Positions 9,996 to 20,753 of a stretch of 64,000 bases of DNA are shown here, in pieces; position 1 is the stretch's first letter, and the number at the start of each line of letters is the position of its first letter. This DNA comes from Candidatus Thorarchaeota archaeon (GTDB lineage Archaea > Asgardarchaeota > Thorarchaeia > Thorarchaeales > Thorarchaeaceae), in NCBI GenBank assembly GCA_011364985.1, contig RDOC01000001.1, positions 256,001 through 320,000 on the forward strand, given 5' to 3'. The translations under genes and the position numbers were made by a program. A model generated the notes under the pieces. That model was not told the origin of the DNA. It ran no database searches and saw only the letters and a list, made by a program, of their open reading frames with translations.

Positions 9996-10007
9996 TTTCG
10001 TATCCTC

Positions 10008-12059
10008 CTAAAACAAAATAACAATGAGGAGAAACGCGATGATGCCTATCATCATGCCCAACACATTTGTATTGAGCACACCAGTCATGGTGCGTCTCCA
10101 TCCTCTCGAAATGGTATCCATGCCGCCGCTCACTGACTCGCTAAAGGAGAGGAGCGCCGACTCGACTCTTGTTCTTAGTCCATTGCTGAGCCAAAGATAA
10201 CCATCCACAAAGATGCGATTATAGGCTGCGTTGATATACCAACGGTTCTCCAGAAACCGTCCAAGTGGTCCATTTCGAAGACCAGTGAAATCGCCTCGTC
10301 CCTTGAAGTAGATGACGTAGGCAGGGATAATTCCAGCGCACCAGACTCCAACCGTGAAAAGCGTAGTAAACCCGAGGCTCCATACAGGCAGACTAGACCA
10401 GTCAAATGGATGAAGGAGTAGGCTCCCAAAGGGTGCAAAGGTGTTGAAGAAGATTGGCTGAAGAAGCATACCTCCTGCTGCAAAGGCAGCAAGAATCACC
10501 AGAGGAACCTTCATTGTGATAGGTGCCTCATGGATATGATGCCCATGGGATTCTAGGCCTCTGATGTGGGCGGATTTCTCGCCAAAGAAAGTCATTCCCA
10601 CCATTCTGAAGGTGTAGAAGGCCGTAAGGATAGCGGTAACAAAGGTCACCATGAAGAGAAGAGTCTCACCCTCGTGCCACAGAGCCTCGAATATCATCTC
10701 CTTTGACCAGAATCCTATGGTTGGAGCAACGCCGGCCAAAGCCAGTGCTCCGACAATGAATGTTGTCGCAGTGATCTTCATGTCTTTCCAGAGTCCGCCC
10801 ATGTCCTTCATGGATTTGCTCTGAACAGCATGAAGTACTGAGCCAGCAGCAAGAAAAAGGAGGGCTTTGAAAATGGCATGAGCCAGAAGATGGAACGCAC
10901 CGGCACTGTACGCAGCAACGCTCTCCGCCACTAAGCCAGAGGCCCCAAGAGCAACGAACATGTATCCCAGCTGTGAGATAGTTGAATACGCCAGAACCTT
11001 CTTGATCTCATCCTGAACCAAGGCCATTGTTGCCGCCATAAATGCCGTAAAGGCACCTATCCATGCTACTACTTGAAAGAAGATGGTGATGCTGACAAAC
11101 GTGAGTGCAATCTCAATGAAAATGGGAACTACCCTTGCCACAAGATAGACTCCTGCCTTCACCATGGCTGCAGCGTGAATCAAGGCGCTGACGGTTGTGG
11201 GACCTGCCATAGCTTCTGGAAGCCATGTGTGTAGAGGAAACTGGGCACTCTTTCCAATGGGTCCTGCAAGAATGAGCAATGCAGCAATAGGTAGCAGCAA
11301 GGATAGCATTTGGGCGAAATCGGCAGTAAGATGAAGTTCTGGGAGAGAGCGTGCAAATGCGAAGAGCTCGGTGTAATTGAATGTCCCTGCCATGAAGTAG
11401 ATCAGAAGAATGCCAGCAAGGAGGCCGATATCGCCAACTCGTGTGACCATGAACGCCTTCATTCCACAAACAGCATTGTAGTCTCCCTCTGTTTCATACT
11501 CTGGAACGGGACTAGGGGTCTTGACATTGTGCCAGAATCCGATAAGAGCATAGCTACAGAGCCCGACTATTTCCCAGCCAATGAAGGTCTGCAAGAGGTT
11601 GTTAGACATCACCAGCAGTACCATGCCAGCAACGAAGAACTGCATGAAGAAGTAATAACGGGTAAGACTGGGGTCCTTCACTAGCTTGCCTTCCTCGTCA
11701 TGTCCCGTCATATATCCGACACTGAAGAGAATGATCAGAGAACCAATCCCTGCGGCGATCATGGCCATTAGAACGCTGAGGGCATCAATCAGGACACCGA
11801 ACTCGATGGGAGCTAAATCACCAGCTACTACCCAAGTGAAGAGAATCACATCAGGAAAGGGTGCAGTCTGTACAATTGCTGGGTCTAGAACTAAGGTGAT
11901 AACCATGTCAACTGCAATGAAAGCTGTAACAAAACCAACTAGAACTGCCATAAAGTCCCTGAGGGCTCCATGGATTCTTGCAAAGACAGGAGTCAGCAGT
12001 GCTCCAATAGCTGGCACTACAATGACTAACCATCCAGCCATCTCAAGTGGGAGCATCAT
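10008..12059 (-). CDS. nuoL: complex I/Fpo subunit L
   Basis: GWEIVGLCSYALIGFW, GKSAQFPLHTWLPEAMAGPTTVSALIHAA, KKVLAYSTISQLG, HAIFKALLFL, His-rich HIHEAP. Confidence 0.92.
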   Translation of the reverse strand: MMLPLEMAGWLVIVVPAIGALLTPVFARIHGALRDFMAVLVGFVTAFIAVDMVITLVLDPAIVQTAPFPDVILFTWVVAGDLAPIEFGVLIDALSVLMAMIAAGIGSLIILFSVGYMTGHDEEGKLVKDPSLTRYYFFMQFFVAGMVLLVMSNNLLQTFIGWEIVGLCSYALIGFWHNVKTPSPVPEYETEGDYNAVCGMKAFMVTRVGDIGLLAGILLIYFMAGTFNYTELFAFARSLPELHLTADFAQMLSLLLPIAALLILAGPIGKSAQFPLHTWLPEAMAGPTTVSALIHAAAMVKAGVYLVARVVPIFIEIALTFVSITIFFQVVAWIGAFTAFMAATMALVQDEIKKVLAYSTISQLGYMFVALGASGLVAESVAAYSAGAFHLLAHAIFKALLFLAAGSVLHAVQSKSMKDMGGLWKDMKITATTFIVGALALAGVAPTIGFWSKEMIFEALWHEGETLLFMVTFVTAILTAFYTFRMVGMTFFGEKSAHIRGLESHGHHIHEAPITMKVPLVILAAFAAGGMLLQPIFFNTFAPFGSLLLHPFDWSSLPVWSLGFTTLFTVGVWCAGIIPAYVIYFKGRGDFTGLRNGPLGRFLENRWYINAAYNRIFVDGYLWLSNGLRTRVESALLSFSESVSGGMDTISRGWRRTMTGVLNTNVLGMMIGIIAFLLIVILF

Positions 12060-12385
12060 CCTCGTAACCTCCTGAGCTTGCGAATGTCAAGTGTACCGTA
12101 GTGCTCGTAGGCATTCTTGATCAGACTAATGGCCACCACAGCAATTGCGCCGCCAACGCAGATGGAAAGAATCACGAAGACCTGAACCATTGGGTCAATA
12201 GGGCCCAAGGTGGAAGGTCCGGTTAGAAAGGCACCGAATGCGAGGAAGTTGAGATTCACTGCTGCAACCAAGATTTCAATTCCAATAACAAGCTTCACCA
12301 TGTTTCGATTGCTTGCCAGTGTGTATATGCCGATAATGTATAGAACCAGTGAGAAGAGCAAGTAGATTTGGAGCATATCAAGCAT
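12056..12385 (-). CDS. nuoK: complex I/Fpo subunit K
   Basis: 3-TM protein with RNMVKLVIGIEIL and a YGTLDIRKL C-terminus. Confidence 0.88.
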   Translation of the reverse strand: MLDMLQIYLLFSLVLYIIGIYTLASNRNMVKLVIGIEILVAAVNLNFLAFGAFLTGPSTLGPIDPMVQVFVILSICVGGAIAVVAISLIKNAYEHYGTLDIRKLRRLRG

Positions 12386-12388
12386 CGC

Positions 12389-12652
12389 CTACTCATTCCT
12401 CCTCATGGTTCTGAACATTGCAGAGGCTCCGATGACTGCTGCGAATAGCAGGGTTACTTGCACAAGCAAGTCAATGGACCGATAAGACCAGAGCCAGTCA
12501 CCGACCATACGCCCTATACCCTCCCAGTCATTGATGGCAAATGTAGTTCCACCAGGGGCGGCCAATTCAAAGGCCGTGAGGTCCAACAGGCTGACTCCAA
12601 CGATTAAAAGGAGGATTACGGAAAGAAATGCTGCTGCGATTTTGTACTTCAT
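12389..12652 (-). CDS. NuoJ C-terminal half (FpoJ2-like)
   Basis: IGRMVGDWLWSYRSIDLLVQVTLLFAAVIGA resembles the last helix of NuoJ; sits immediately before K. Confidence 0.65.
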   Translation of the reverse strand: MKYKIAAAFLSVILLLIVGVSLLDLTAFELAAPGGTTFAINDWEGIGRMVGDWLWSYRSIDLLVQVTLLFAAVIGASAMFRTMRRNE

Positions 12653-12948
12653 TGTGAAGCCACCTCTACTTCGTCACCGGTTTTGGGTTCGGTTTCCGCT
12701 TCACCGGGCTCATCTAGGTTCATTGTGGTAAGAAAGAGAATTGCAAAAGCTCCAGAGAATACCGTGCAGTTGAAGAATGCCACATATGGTGCTCCCAAGA
12801 TAACGAATGAGAGACTGAGTATGCCATTTGCCAGCGCAAATGCAATGACTGAGAAGGAGAGCTTGCGATACTCTATTGCAACAATGAAGAATACTACGGT
12901 AAGTACCAAGATTAACAGTTGGATGACTTCAGACAATGATGATATCAT
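12649..12948 (-). CDS. NuoJ N-terminal half (FpoJ1-like)
   Basis: 3 TM helices with LGAPYVAFFNCTVFSGAFAILF; ATGA overlap with the next gene. Confidence 0.7.
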   Translation of the reverse strand: MISSLSEVIQLLILVLTVVFFIVAIEYRKLSFSVIAFALANGILSLSFVILGAPYVAFFNCTVFSGAFAILFLTTMNLDEPGEAETEPKTGDEVEVASQ

Positions 12949-13152
12949 CAGTTTTCCCTGCCTTGACCGCACCTAAGATGCGCGAATAAGCCGCACGAAA
13001 CGAATTCAAAATAAAAGTAACGGATGGGGATACTCTGGAAATATGCCGACCAGCAGAGCACTCTGGGATTCCATCCAAATGGATCTCTAGATGGTGACCT
13101 AAAACTGAGTATGAAGCGGTGCAGGAACGACACGACGAATGTAATCCAACTG

Positions 13153-16100
13153 CTAAGTCACCGTAAGAAACAGGCTTAGCTTATCAACAACTCCTTCTTC
13201 AGTTCGGAGCACCAACTGGACAAGATACTGCGCCATTACCACTCCAGCCGGCAAATTCACTGCTACTAAAGCTGTCGTTCCGTACAAGTCACCAGGACCC
13301 ACCGAACCGATATCGAGTGTGAAAGTGGAGTTCGTTGGATTTTCCACGGGAGTAATGGAGGTCCCATGCCATTCGATCGAGAAATTCCCAGTAGTTACTA
13401 CGAAATTAAGGCAAATATCGTGGCTCACATTGTCGTTATTACGGAAGAGCATAACTAGATCAGCAAATTCACCGGAATCAATCGTGATGGGGCTAAAGAC
13501 AGCACTCTCGATACCTACTTCTCCGGATTCAATGATGGTCTGGTTCAGTAGACCAAACATGCTGTAATATGCCTCCACGATATTCCTACCCAGTTCTACG
13601 CGTTCCCCAGTTTTAGCATCCACAAGTCCAACGCCGCCGAGCTTCTCTATAACCCTGTTCGATGAGGTTTCCACTTCTAAGAACACAGGAATCACAAAGA
13701 ACAGATCACCACCAAGATGATACAGGAGGCGGTTTCCATACCTGTGAGTCCCCCAAAGCTGAAGTTGGGTGCGGACCACATCGTTGGTTTCAAAGGCCTG
13801 TTGAGCTGCATTTGGCCCGAGAAGTGTGGATGTGCCTTCCTCTCCTGCTTTGTAAAATGCTAACTTGCCAAACTCCTTGTTTCCACAGCCCATCACATAG
13901 ATTCCGGCCAGATTCCGTCCGGCAGAATCACGAAACTCGCTATTGTGCATGGCCACAAATCGCTCTTCTCCCCCGATTCGCATGATTATGTAGCGTGTGT
14001 CAGAATCTTCCGGCATCTGATGAAAATCGAGGCCACTTCGCCAAATCAGTCCATTGGTGACATGATAGATGTAAGCAACCTCCAGCTGGCGTTCATACAA
14101 GTCCTCAGGCCATTTCATCTGCGACTGCAGCCAGTCTGGAGAGTCCTGCCATGGATAATAACTCATGTAGGTTGAATCCAAGAAGAAGCCAGCTTCTTCA
14201 GAAGGGGATTTATAGAACTGCAGAGTGCCAGATGCTATATCGACCAATACAACGCCGATGAAGCGCATGTAGTCTTCTTGTGCATAGGCAGTCGCTAAGC
14301 GATAGTCAATGAAGACCGAAACAGCATAGAAAATGTTGCCGTTTTCATCCACGACTATGTAAGGGTCAGCATCAGCCTCAAGTCCCTGCAGAAGAACGGA
14401 GTCCACACGAGAAACAACATCCCTCTCAAACAACATATCCATCTCTCGTCCCAAAAACGACCACGCATCAAAGCCCATTGTTAGCATGTAGAAGAAGGAT
14501 TCAAACCCACCCAAGACGTAATCGGGAAAAGCCGAAAATGTAACGTTGCCGACTTCTGTGAAGCCAGGTACGTTTACAAATGTGACACCCCGAAAACCGT
14601 TTCCTTCCCCATAGTACATATTGATGTCTTGAGTTCGATTCAAAAGGGCAACAAGGTTCTCATTCTCAATGATATCGCCACTGTAGGCATCCAACACTAC
14701 AAGGCCTTTAGTGTGAGTGTAGATTAAGTGCTGGCTGATGAAATCGGATGTAACACGTTGAAAATCAAAGGTAAGAGGGGCAATCCAGTACTCGTGCTCC
14801 TTAATGTACACAATGTCGGAGTCCGCAAGTTCCATCCAGTTCGTTCCAATTTGATTCTTCATCCGTAAATAACTCGCAGTTTGGTCCCATTGACGAACGG
14901 TAGTTAGTGATTCAACCTCTCCCTCGGGAGTCGCATTCACAGTCAAGTCTTCAAGAGGAAGAATCCGCATATCTTCAAGACCAGCGGCCCAAGTTGTTAT
15001 CTCGATTTCCTTTGCAGTTTCAGTATTGAATTTCCATTCAACATACTTGTCGCCCTCCATCTGGATTCCGTAGTACACAGCCTGAATCGCAGGCAAGGTA
15101 ACGACAACTACTATGAGAAAGAGGGCAAAAATACCAAATCTCCGTGGCGAACCAATGAGAGGAATCATTCGTTCTAGCTTCAGTCGCCGCAGTTCATTGC
15201 CTACGCTGGCTCTGTCGTGCATAAGAAGCTCAACACGCTGTCGATAATCCTGTGCATCAATCGCACCCGATTCATATTCCTGCCTAATGGATATGAGTTC
15301 ACCTTGAAGTCTAGCCAAATCACCTTCAAGTTGAACTATCTTACTTCGCAGCCGCTGTTGCGCATCACCACTTCGAAGACGAAGGGTCATAAACAGAAAT
15401 GAGCCAATGAGGCATACACCCATAGCAATAATCAGCGCTATATAGGACATCCATGTACCTGCATTCACAGTCCACATAGGAACGCCAAGTAGCTCCAGTG
15501 CAATGCCGAAGGTTACAGCCAGAAGCCCCTTTGCTATTACGACAAAGGGATCTCGATTGCTCGTCATTAGGTCCGTGATAATGCTCAGCACCAGACGAGC
15601 TGCGCTCATCAAAAGAAATGTACCCAGAAGACCTACATAGAGCTGGTATGCTTCCATTGCTGGAATAAGACTCTCAACATAGCTGGCAGGTGTATTCGGA
15701 GCAAAGGGCAATTGAAAGAGCGTTGAAAGCTCACCAGACGACAACGAGATTGATCCATTGTCCATTAGAAACATTAAGAACGCAACATTTTGGCCAGTTA
15801 GTGAATACCCTCCAGTTGCGACATAGTAAAGAAAGAACCCACCAAACTGAAAGACTCTCCATAGGATGGTGGTGGGCACATCCAGACTCTTTCTGACAGG
15901 TCCGGTTTGGGACAGCGCAGATATAAACGAGATGAATGATGACCGCCAAGGTATCGTGATCAAACTCAGGATTGCAAGAAAGACCGACGCAATGAATATG
16001 TTCCAGTCAAGGGTCCAGGTGTTCCAGTAACTCACGCCAGATTTTGTATCATACATTGACCCGTAGATTATTTGACCAAGCCACCATCCGTAGATGGCTG

Positions 16101-16179
16101 AAGCAATAGATATGGCAACACCAGTGATAATGGCCACGATTAGAAGGGTTCTTCTCAATTCCATCGTGAGTTCCTCCAT
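13153..16179 (-). CDS. UPF0182 (COG1615) family membrane protein
   Basis: Multi-TM N-terminus, then VRQWD, HLIYTH, YYGEG, DPY, PEDL..Q..YHVTN and GNRLLY motifs. Confidence 0.8.
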   Translation of the reverse strand: MEELTMELRRTLLIVAIITGVAISIASAIYGWWLGQIIYGSMYDTKSGVSYWNTWTLDWNIFIASVFLAILSLITIPWRSSFISFISALSQTGPVRKSLDVPTTILWRVFQFGGFFLYYVATGGYSLTGQNVAFLMFLMDNGSISLSSGELSTLFQLPFAPNTPASYVESLIPAMEAYQLYVGLLGTFLLMSAARLVLSIITDLMTSNRDPFVVIAKGLLAVTFGIALELLGVPMWTVNAGTWMSYIALIIAMGVCLIGSFLFMTLRLRSGDAQQRLRSKIVQLEGDLARLQGELISIRQEYESGAIDAQDYRQRVELLMHDRASVGNELRRLKLERMIPLIGSPRRFGIFALFLIVVVVTLPAIQAVYYGIQMEGDKYVEWKFNTETAKEIEITTWAAGLEDMRILPLEDLTVNATPEGEVESLTTVRQWDQTASYLRMKNQIGTNWMELADSDIVYIKEHEYWIAPLTFDFQRVTSDFISQHLIYTHTKGLVVLDAYSGDIIENENLVALLNRTQDINMYYGEGNGFRGVTFVNVPGFTEVGNVTFSAFPDYVLGGFESFFYMLTMGFDAWSFLGREMDMLFERDVVSRVDSVLLQGLEADADPYIVVDENGNIFYAVSVFIDYRLATAYAQEDYMRFIGVVLVDIASGTLQFYKSPSEEAGFFLDSTYMSYYPWQDSPDWLQSQMKWPEDLYERQLEVAYIYHVTNGLIWRSGLDFHQMPEDSDTRYIIMRIGGEERFVAMHNSEFRDSAGRNLAGIYVMGCGNKEFGKLAFYKAGEEGTSTLLGPNAAQQAFETNDVVRTQLQLWGTHRYGNRLLYHLGGDLFFVIPVFLEVETSSNRVIEKLGGVGLVDAKTGERVELGRNIVEAYYSMFGLLNQTIIESGEVGIESAVFSPITIDSGEFADLVMLFRNNDNVSHDICLNFVVTTGNFSIEWHGTSITPVENPTNSTFTLDIGSVGPGDLYGTTALVAVNLPAGVVMAQYLVQLVLRTEEGVVDKLSLFLTVT

Positions 16180-16715
16180 TCACCTGCGGATAAGATTCTA
16201 CAGAATTGCACATATGAGCATATGGTTGTAAGAAAGTTGTTTCATCTGAGGCTCTGAATAGCTCCCATTTCGTTGCAAAGAGCAAGAGATCTTCCGTCAA
16301 TTGATCGCGAACTACGGAACGTTCATTGATTCATGAGACAGTCCGTGAAATTCTGCACAATGGGCAGATGTGCACCAGAATCAACAATAATGAGCAAAGG
16401 AGAGTAAGGAAGAACAGAAATCAACAACGTGAATGTTGGAATTAGTGCAGCAACAGACATCGTTAATGCTACTCTGTCCGTATTGAAGCGAGACAATATC
16501 AGCACTTTTCTTCATGCCATTGCCAGCAATCAAGTTAGAGCTGTACATTTTTCGAGAGAACAGATCATCAGAGCTTTGACCAATCGCTTTTTGGCAGCTT
16601 ATCCCTCTTGAGCTAGTACAACGATGATTTTAGAGGAATCCTTTAATGTGAAACACAAAGACCTGTGAATTGCATCTTCAATTGCCTCTCATGGTTTTCA
16701 GGACGCGTGTTTGAG

Positions 16716-18062
16716 TTGACAAAAAAAGTAGTTGTAATCGGGATGGGATATGTTGGGATTCCTGCAGCGGCACTTCTGGCTGATGTGAATGGATTTGATG
16801 TTACGGGCCTTCAGCGAAGATCCAAACGTTCAGGATGGAAAATCGATATTTTGAATAAGGGCAAATCGCCATTTGAAGGAGATGAACCAGGTCTCGACGA
16901 GCTCATAGAGAGAGTGGTGAAGAAAGGCAGCTTCCGTGCGACTGACGATGTAGAGGTTCTTACAGAAGCAGATGTCATTCTGATAGATGTTCAGACACCA
17001 ACAGATGCACAGAACATGCCTCGGTATGATTCTCTAAGAGAAGTAAGTGCACAGATTGGCCAACGCATAAAGAAAGGGGCTTTCGTAATTGTTGAGTCGA
17101 CTGTTGCTCCAGGAACAACTGAAAACGTGGTTCAGAAGATCATTGAGAAGGAGTCAGGACTCAAGGGAGGTGTGGATTTCAATCTTGCATTCTCTTATGA
17201 GCGAGTAATGCCTGGAAAACTCCTAGAATTCATAACAAACATGCCGCGTGTCGTAGGGGGAATAACGCCGGAATCCACTCAGCTCGCAGTTGATTTCTAT
17301 TCTACCATCGTAAAGAAGAAGATATACACTACCGACACCCTCAGCGCTGAGCTCTCCAAGACCATCGAGAATGCATATAGAGATGTTAACATCGCTTTTG
17401 CCAACGAGATGGCACTTGTGTGTGAAAGTCTTGGGGTGAATGTCTATGAGATTATTGAGCTGATCAATGCTAGAGATGACAGGCATATGCACATTCCTGG
17501 AGCGGGAGTAGGGGGACACTGCTTGCCGAAGGACCCGTGGCTCCTGCGCTTTGGCCTATACGAATATGGATCATGGAAAATTGAGCCCGAGTTCATCTCT
17601 TTGGCTCGGCGAATAAATGATCACATGCCCATACATATGGCAGATCTAATCGAGAACGCACTCGCTTCTCGTGGAGTGTCAATACATAATGCGAGAGTGA
17701 CTATACTTGGGCTTGCTTACTTGGAAGACTCTGATGACACGCGGAATAGCCCGGCGGCAACACTTGTTGGAGCACTTCAGGCAAAAGGGGCTGAGATTGT
17801 CCTACATGATTCTTACGTCCGTGAATGGGACTTGGGACCACAGGAGATCGAGAGAAACCTGATGAAGGCAGTCAAAGATTCTGATTGCTTGGCTCTGGTC
17901 ACCAAACACAAGGAGTATTTTGAACTCGATTTTGATGGGATTAAAGCCGAAATGAGAACGCCCACAATAGTCGATGGACGGAATGTATTTGATGCGAGAG
18001 AAATTGAGTCGAAGGGCTTTGAGTATAGATGCATTGGCAAGGTAGGAATAAGACGAGGCTAG
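16716..18062 (+). CDS. nucleotide-sugar 6-dehydrogenase (WecC/WbpA-like)
   Basis: GMGYVG, VQTP, ESTVAPGTT, ERVMPG, KTIENAYRDVNIA, GVGGHCLPKDP. Start placed at TTG 16716. Confidence 0.92.
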   Translation: MTKKVVVIGMGYVGIPAAALLADVNGFDVTGLQRRSKRSGWKIDILNKGKSPFEGDEPGLDELIERVVKKGSFRATDDVEVLTEADVILIDVQTPTDAQNMPRYDSLREVSAQIGQRIKKGAFVIVESTVAPGTTENVVQKIIEKESGLKGGVDFNLAFSYERVMPGKLLEFITNMPRVVGGITPESTQLAVDFYSTIVKKKIYTTDTLSAELSKTIENAYRDVNIAFANEMALVCESLGVNVYEIIELINARDDRHMHIPGAGVGGHCLPKDPWLLRFGLYEYGSWKIEPEFISLARRINDHMPIHMADLIENALASRGVSIHNARVTILGLAYLEDSDDTRNSPAATLVGALQAKGAEIVLHDSYVREWDLGPQEIERNLMKAVKDSDCLALVTKHKEYFELDFDGIKAEMRTPTIVDGRNVFDAREIESKGFEYRCIGKVGIRRG

Positions 18063-19300
18063 GCACCCAGTTTTGGAATATGTCCAGCATATCCGAGTAA
18101 TAAAGGCATGAGGTCTTGTCCAATAATCATTTTGAGAACGCCATGGGCACAGTCAAACTCGGAAAACGCCCTCACGTCATCGGGTCTAATGAAACTACTC
18201 CATAGAAGAACTGGGACCGGATCACATGTATGCTCGCCAATCTCGATTGGCGTTGTATGATCGCCAGATACAGCAATAACAAGCTTGTCACCAACGGCAT
18301 CAATTATCTTCTGTACCATCATATCGGTGCGTTCGATGGCAAGCACCTTTTCCTGTGCATTACCATCATGACTTGCATTGTCAGTTGCCTTCACATGGAT
18401 GAAAACATAATCATAATCTCCTTGGACACACTCAATTGCCCTTTCTGCAATTCCCTCGAAGTTTGTATCAATCGTTCCAGTTTGTCCTTTGACTTTCACA
18501 TGCTCCATTCCGACGTATTTTGCAGTGCCTATATAGAGAGAACCTCCGGCAAGAGCGGCACTCTTGATTCCATATCTCTCCGACAAGGTGGGCATCTTCT
18601 TATGCTGTCCAGGCCCTCTAAGAAGGATGATATTGGCGGCAGGTAACCCTCGTTCGATGCGGTTCTTGTTCACTCTAATGTCCTTCAAACGCTCGTGTGC
18701 AATCTTTGTCAGGCTGTTAACTATCTTGGCAGTCTTCTGTGCTTCAGAAGTGAGAGCCTTGGAGTTGAGAATTATTTCTCCCGTTTCATGAGGGTCCGTA
18801 TCCGTTACTTCACCTGAAAGCCCAGGACCTTCAAAGACTACTGCACCCCGATGTTGACTAGTCGCTGTGAAATGTACCTTGACTCCGTCAATCTCAATAC
18901 CAGCCAGCGCCTCCTCGAGCGCTCTGTGTTCCTCATTGGTGAAATCTCGACCAGCCCTGCGGTCAATGACACGTAATTCAGTATCCACCGTAGCAAAATT
19001 GGCGCGAAAAGCCACGTCACCAGGTTTAGAAGCCAGTCCGGCCCCAAGAGCTTCAAGAGGACCGCGGCCTGGATAGGTGGCAATTGGATCGTATCCAAAG
19101 AGCGCAAGGTGAGCTGCATCACTGCCAGGGGTTATTCCAGGTCCAATCACATCCATGAGACCAGTCTGCCCTTCAAGGGCCAGTTTGTCAAAAGTGGGCG
19201 TCTTTGCTGCTTGAAGGGGAGTCACACCCTTCAGATCCTTGCAGGCCCGGTCTCCTAAGCCATCAAGAATCACTAACATGGCAGTGTGCTTAGTGGGCAT
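18059..19300 (-). CDS. apgM: cofactor-independent phosphoglycerate mutase (archaeal type)
   Basis: LDGLGDR, PGSD..HL, GRGPLEA, DRRAGR, HVKATD.ASHDG, GDHTTP motifs. Confidence 0.95.
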   Translation of the reverse strand: MPTKHTAMLVILDGLGDRACKDLKGVTPLQAAKTPTFDKLALEGQTGLMDVIGPGITPGSDAAHLALFGYDPIATYPGRGPLEALGAGLASKPGDVAFRANFATVDTELRVIDRRAGRDFTNEEHRALEEALAGIEIDGVKVHFTATSQHRGAVVFEGPGLSGEVTDTDPHETGEIILNSKALTSEAQKTAKIVNSLTKIAHERLKDIRVNKNRIERGLPAANIILLRGPGQHKKMPTLSERYGIKSAALAGGSLYIGTAKYVGMEHVKVKGQTGTIDTNFEGIAERAIECVQGDYDYVFIHVKATDNASHDGNAQEKVLAIERTDMMVQKIIDAVGDKLVIAVSGDHTTPIEIGEHTCDPVPVLLWSSFIRPDDVRAFSEFDCAHGVLKMIIGQDLMPLLLGYAGHIPKLGA

Positions 19301-19303
19301 CTT

Positions 19304-20602
19304 CTAATAGTTCCTCCAAATGGTATTGAACTCCTTACCAGGGTATCCGCATTCTCCTCCGAGTAATGAGTATATCTCCAGTAAGCGGTTGTACTTCTCT
19401 ACACGGTCGCTCCTTGCAGGGCCGCCTGTCTTAATCTGTCCTGTCGATAGCGCCACTGCAAGGTCAGCGATGAATGTGTCACCAGTCTCTCCACTTCTAT
19501 GGCTCACGACGACTGGCCAGTTTGCACCATTAGCTACCTTAGCTGCATCGATTGCCTCAGAAACACTCCCAATTTGATTCAACTTCAACAGAAGAGCATT
19601 TCCAGCACCCATATCTATTGCCTTCTTGACGGTTTCTGGATTTGACACAGTAAGGTCATCTGTGACTATTTGTGCGCGCGACTTCTTGGTGTACTCGGCG
19701 AAATCATCAAAGGCGTTCTCATCAAAGGGATCTTCCACAGTCATCAACGGGAAGGTCTTCTCAAGGTCAAGATAGAACTCCAGCAACTCGCCCGAGTCAA
19801 GGGTCTTACCATCGACTGTGTATTCTCCGTTTTCATAGAACCCGCTTGCAGCGGCATCAATACCCAGCACAACGTCTTTGCCAGGGGTGTAACCTGTCTC
19901 CACCGCTGCATCCAGAATCTCAGAGAAAGCATCACTGGTGTTCTTGAGCCCAAATCCGCAATAGCCGCCCTCGTCGCCCACATGCTTTGCCATCCTTCCA
20001 TGTTTGGATATCATTCGTTTACCGAGGGTATGGTAGACTTCGCTAATGCACTGAATTGCCTCTTGGACATCAGCAGCTCCAACGGGCAGAATCATGAACT
20101 CCTGAATAGCGAGCTCGTTTCCCGCATGAGCACCGCCGTTGATTACATTAGATAATGGAACAGGCTGCAGATATTTTTCCTCCTTGCCAATAACGTTCAT
20201 TCGAAGATACTGGAAAAGATCCATGCCAAGATGTTTTGCTGCAGCCACAGCAGTTGCCATGGAAACCGAAAGAATGGCATTTGCACCGAGTTTCCCTTTT
20301 CCGGGAGTCGGGTCTGCTTTTAGGAGGACGTCATCTACTGCTCGTTGGTCAAGGGGGTCCACCGATGTCACGGTTCCAGCAATTGTAGTGTTTACATTCC
20401 CAACTGCCTTTTCGACCCCCTTACCTCCATACCGTTTGCCGCCGTCTCTGAGTTCCAGAGCTTCTCGGACACCAGTTGAAGCCCCACTTGGAATCCGTGC
20501 CATTCCGACTGTGCCATCGGAGAGATAGACTTTCGTCATGAGTGTCGGATTCCCACGAGAATCCAGAATTTCGATTGCTTTGACATCGATAATGCGTGTC
20601 AT
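19304..20602 (-). CDS. eno: enolase
   Basis: DSRGNPT, PSGASTG, QEFM, GDEGG, EDPF, LLKLNQIG, SHRSGET, QIKTG motifs. Confidence 0.98.
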   Translation of the reverse strand: MTRIIDVKAIEILDSRGNPTLMTKVYLSDGTVGMARIPSGASTGVREALELRDGGKRYGGKGVEKAVGNVNTTIAGTVTSVDPLDQRAVDDVLLKADPTPGKGKLGANAILSVSMATAVAAAKHLGMDLFQYLRMNVIGKEEKYLQPVPLSNVINGGAHAGNELAIQEFMILPVGAADVQEAIQCISEVYHTLGKRMISKHGRMAKHVGDEGGYCGFGLKNTSDAFSEILDAAVETGYTPGKDVVLGIDAAASGFYENGEYTVDGKTLDSGELLEFYLDLEKTFPLMTVEDPFDENAFDDFAEYTKKSRAQIVTDDLTVSNPETVKKAIDMGAGNALLLKLNQIGSVSEAIDAAKVANGANWPVVVSHRSGETGDTFIADLAVALSTGQIKTGGPARSDRVEKYNRLLEIYSLLGGECGYPGKEFNTIWRNY

Positions 20603-20753
20603 CTTTGAACACCTTGTATTTGCAGTTGTACCCTCTGCTCTTTAGTCCTGCCTAAAGGGATTTACGCAATGGCTATGCACATACTGCATCAGAGAAGTCC
20701 TATTATGCCAGATTTCCCTAATGAATCTTCAAAGATAATGGATCGAGATTGAG

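Noticed and set aside
16180-16715. Small ORFs (16323-16505, 16429-16611) in the divergent gap
   Set aside because: Only 60 aa, mutually overlapping, no RBS or motif; no tRNA or ncRNA fold recognised.
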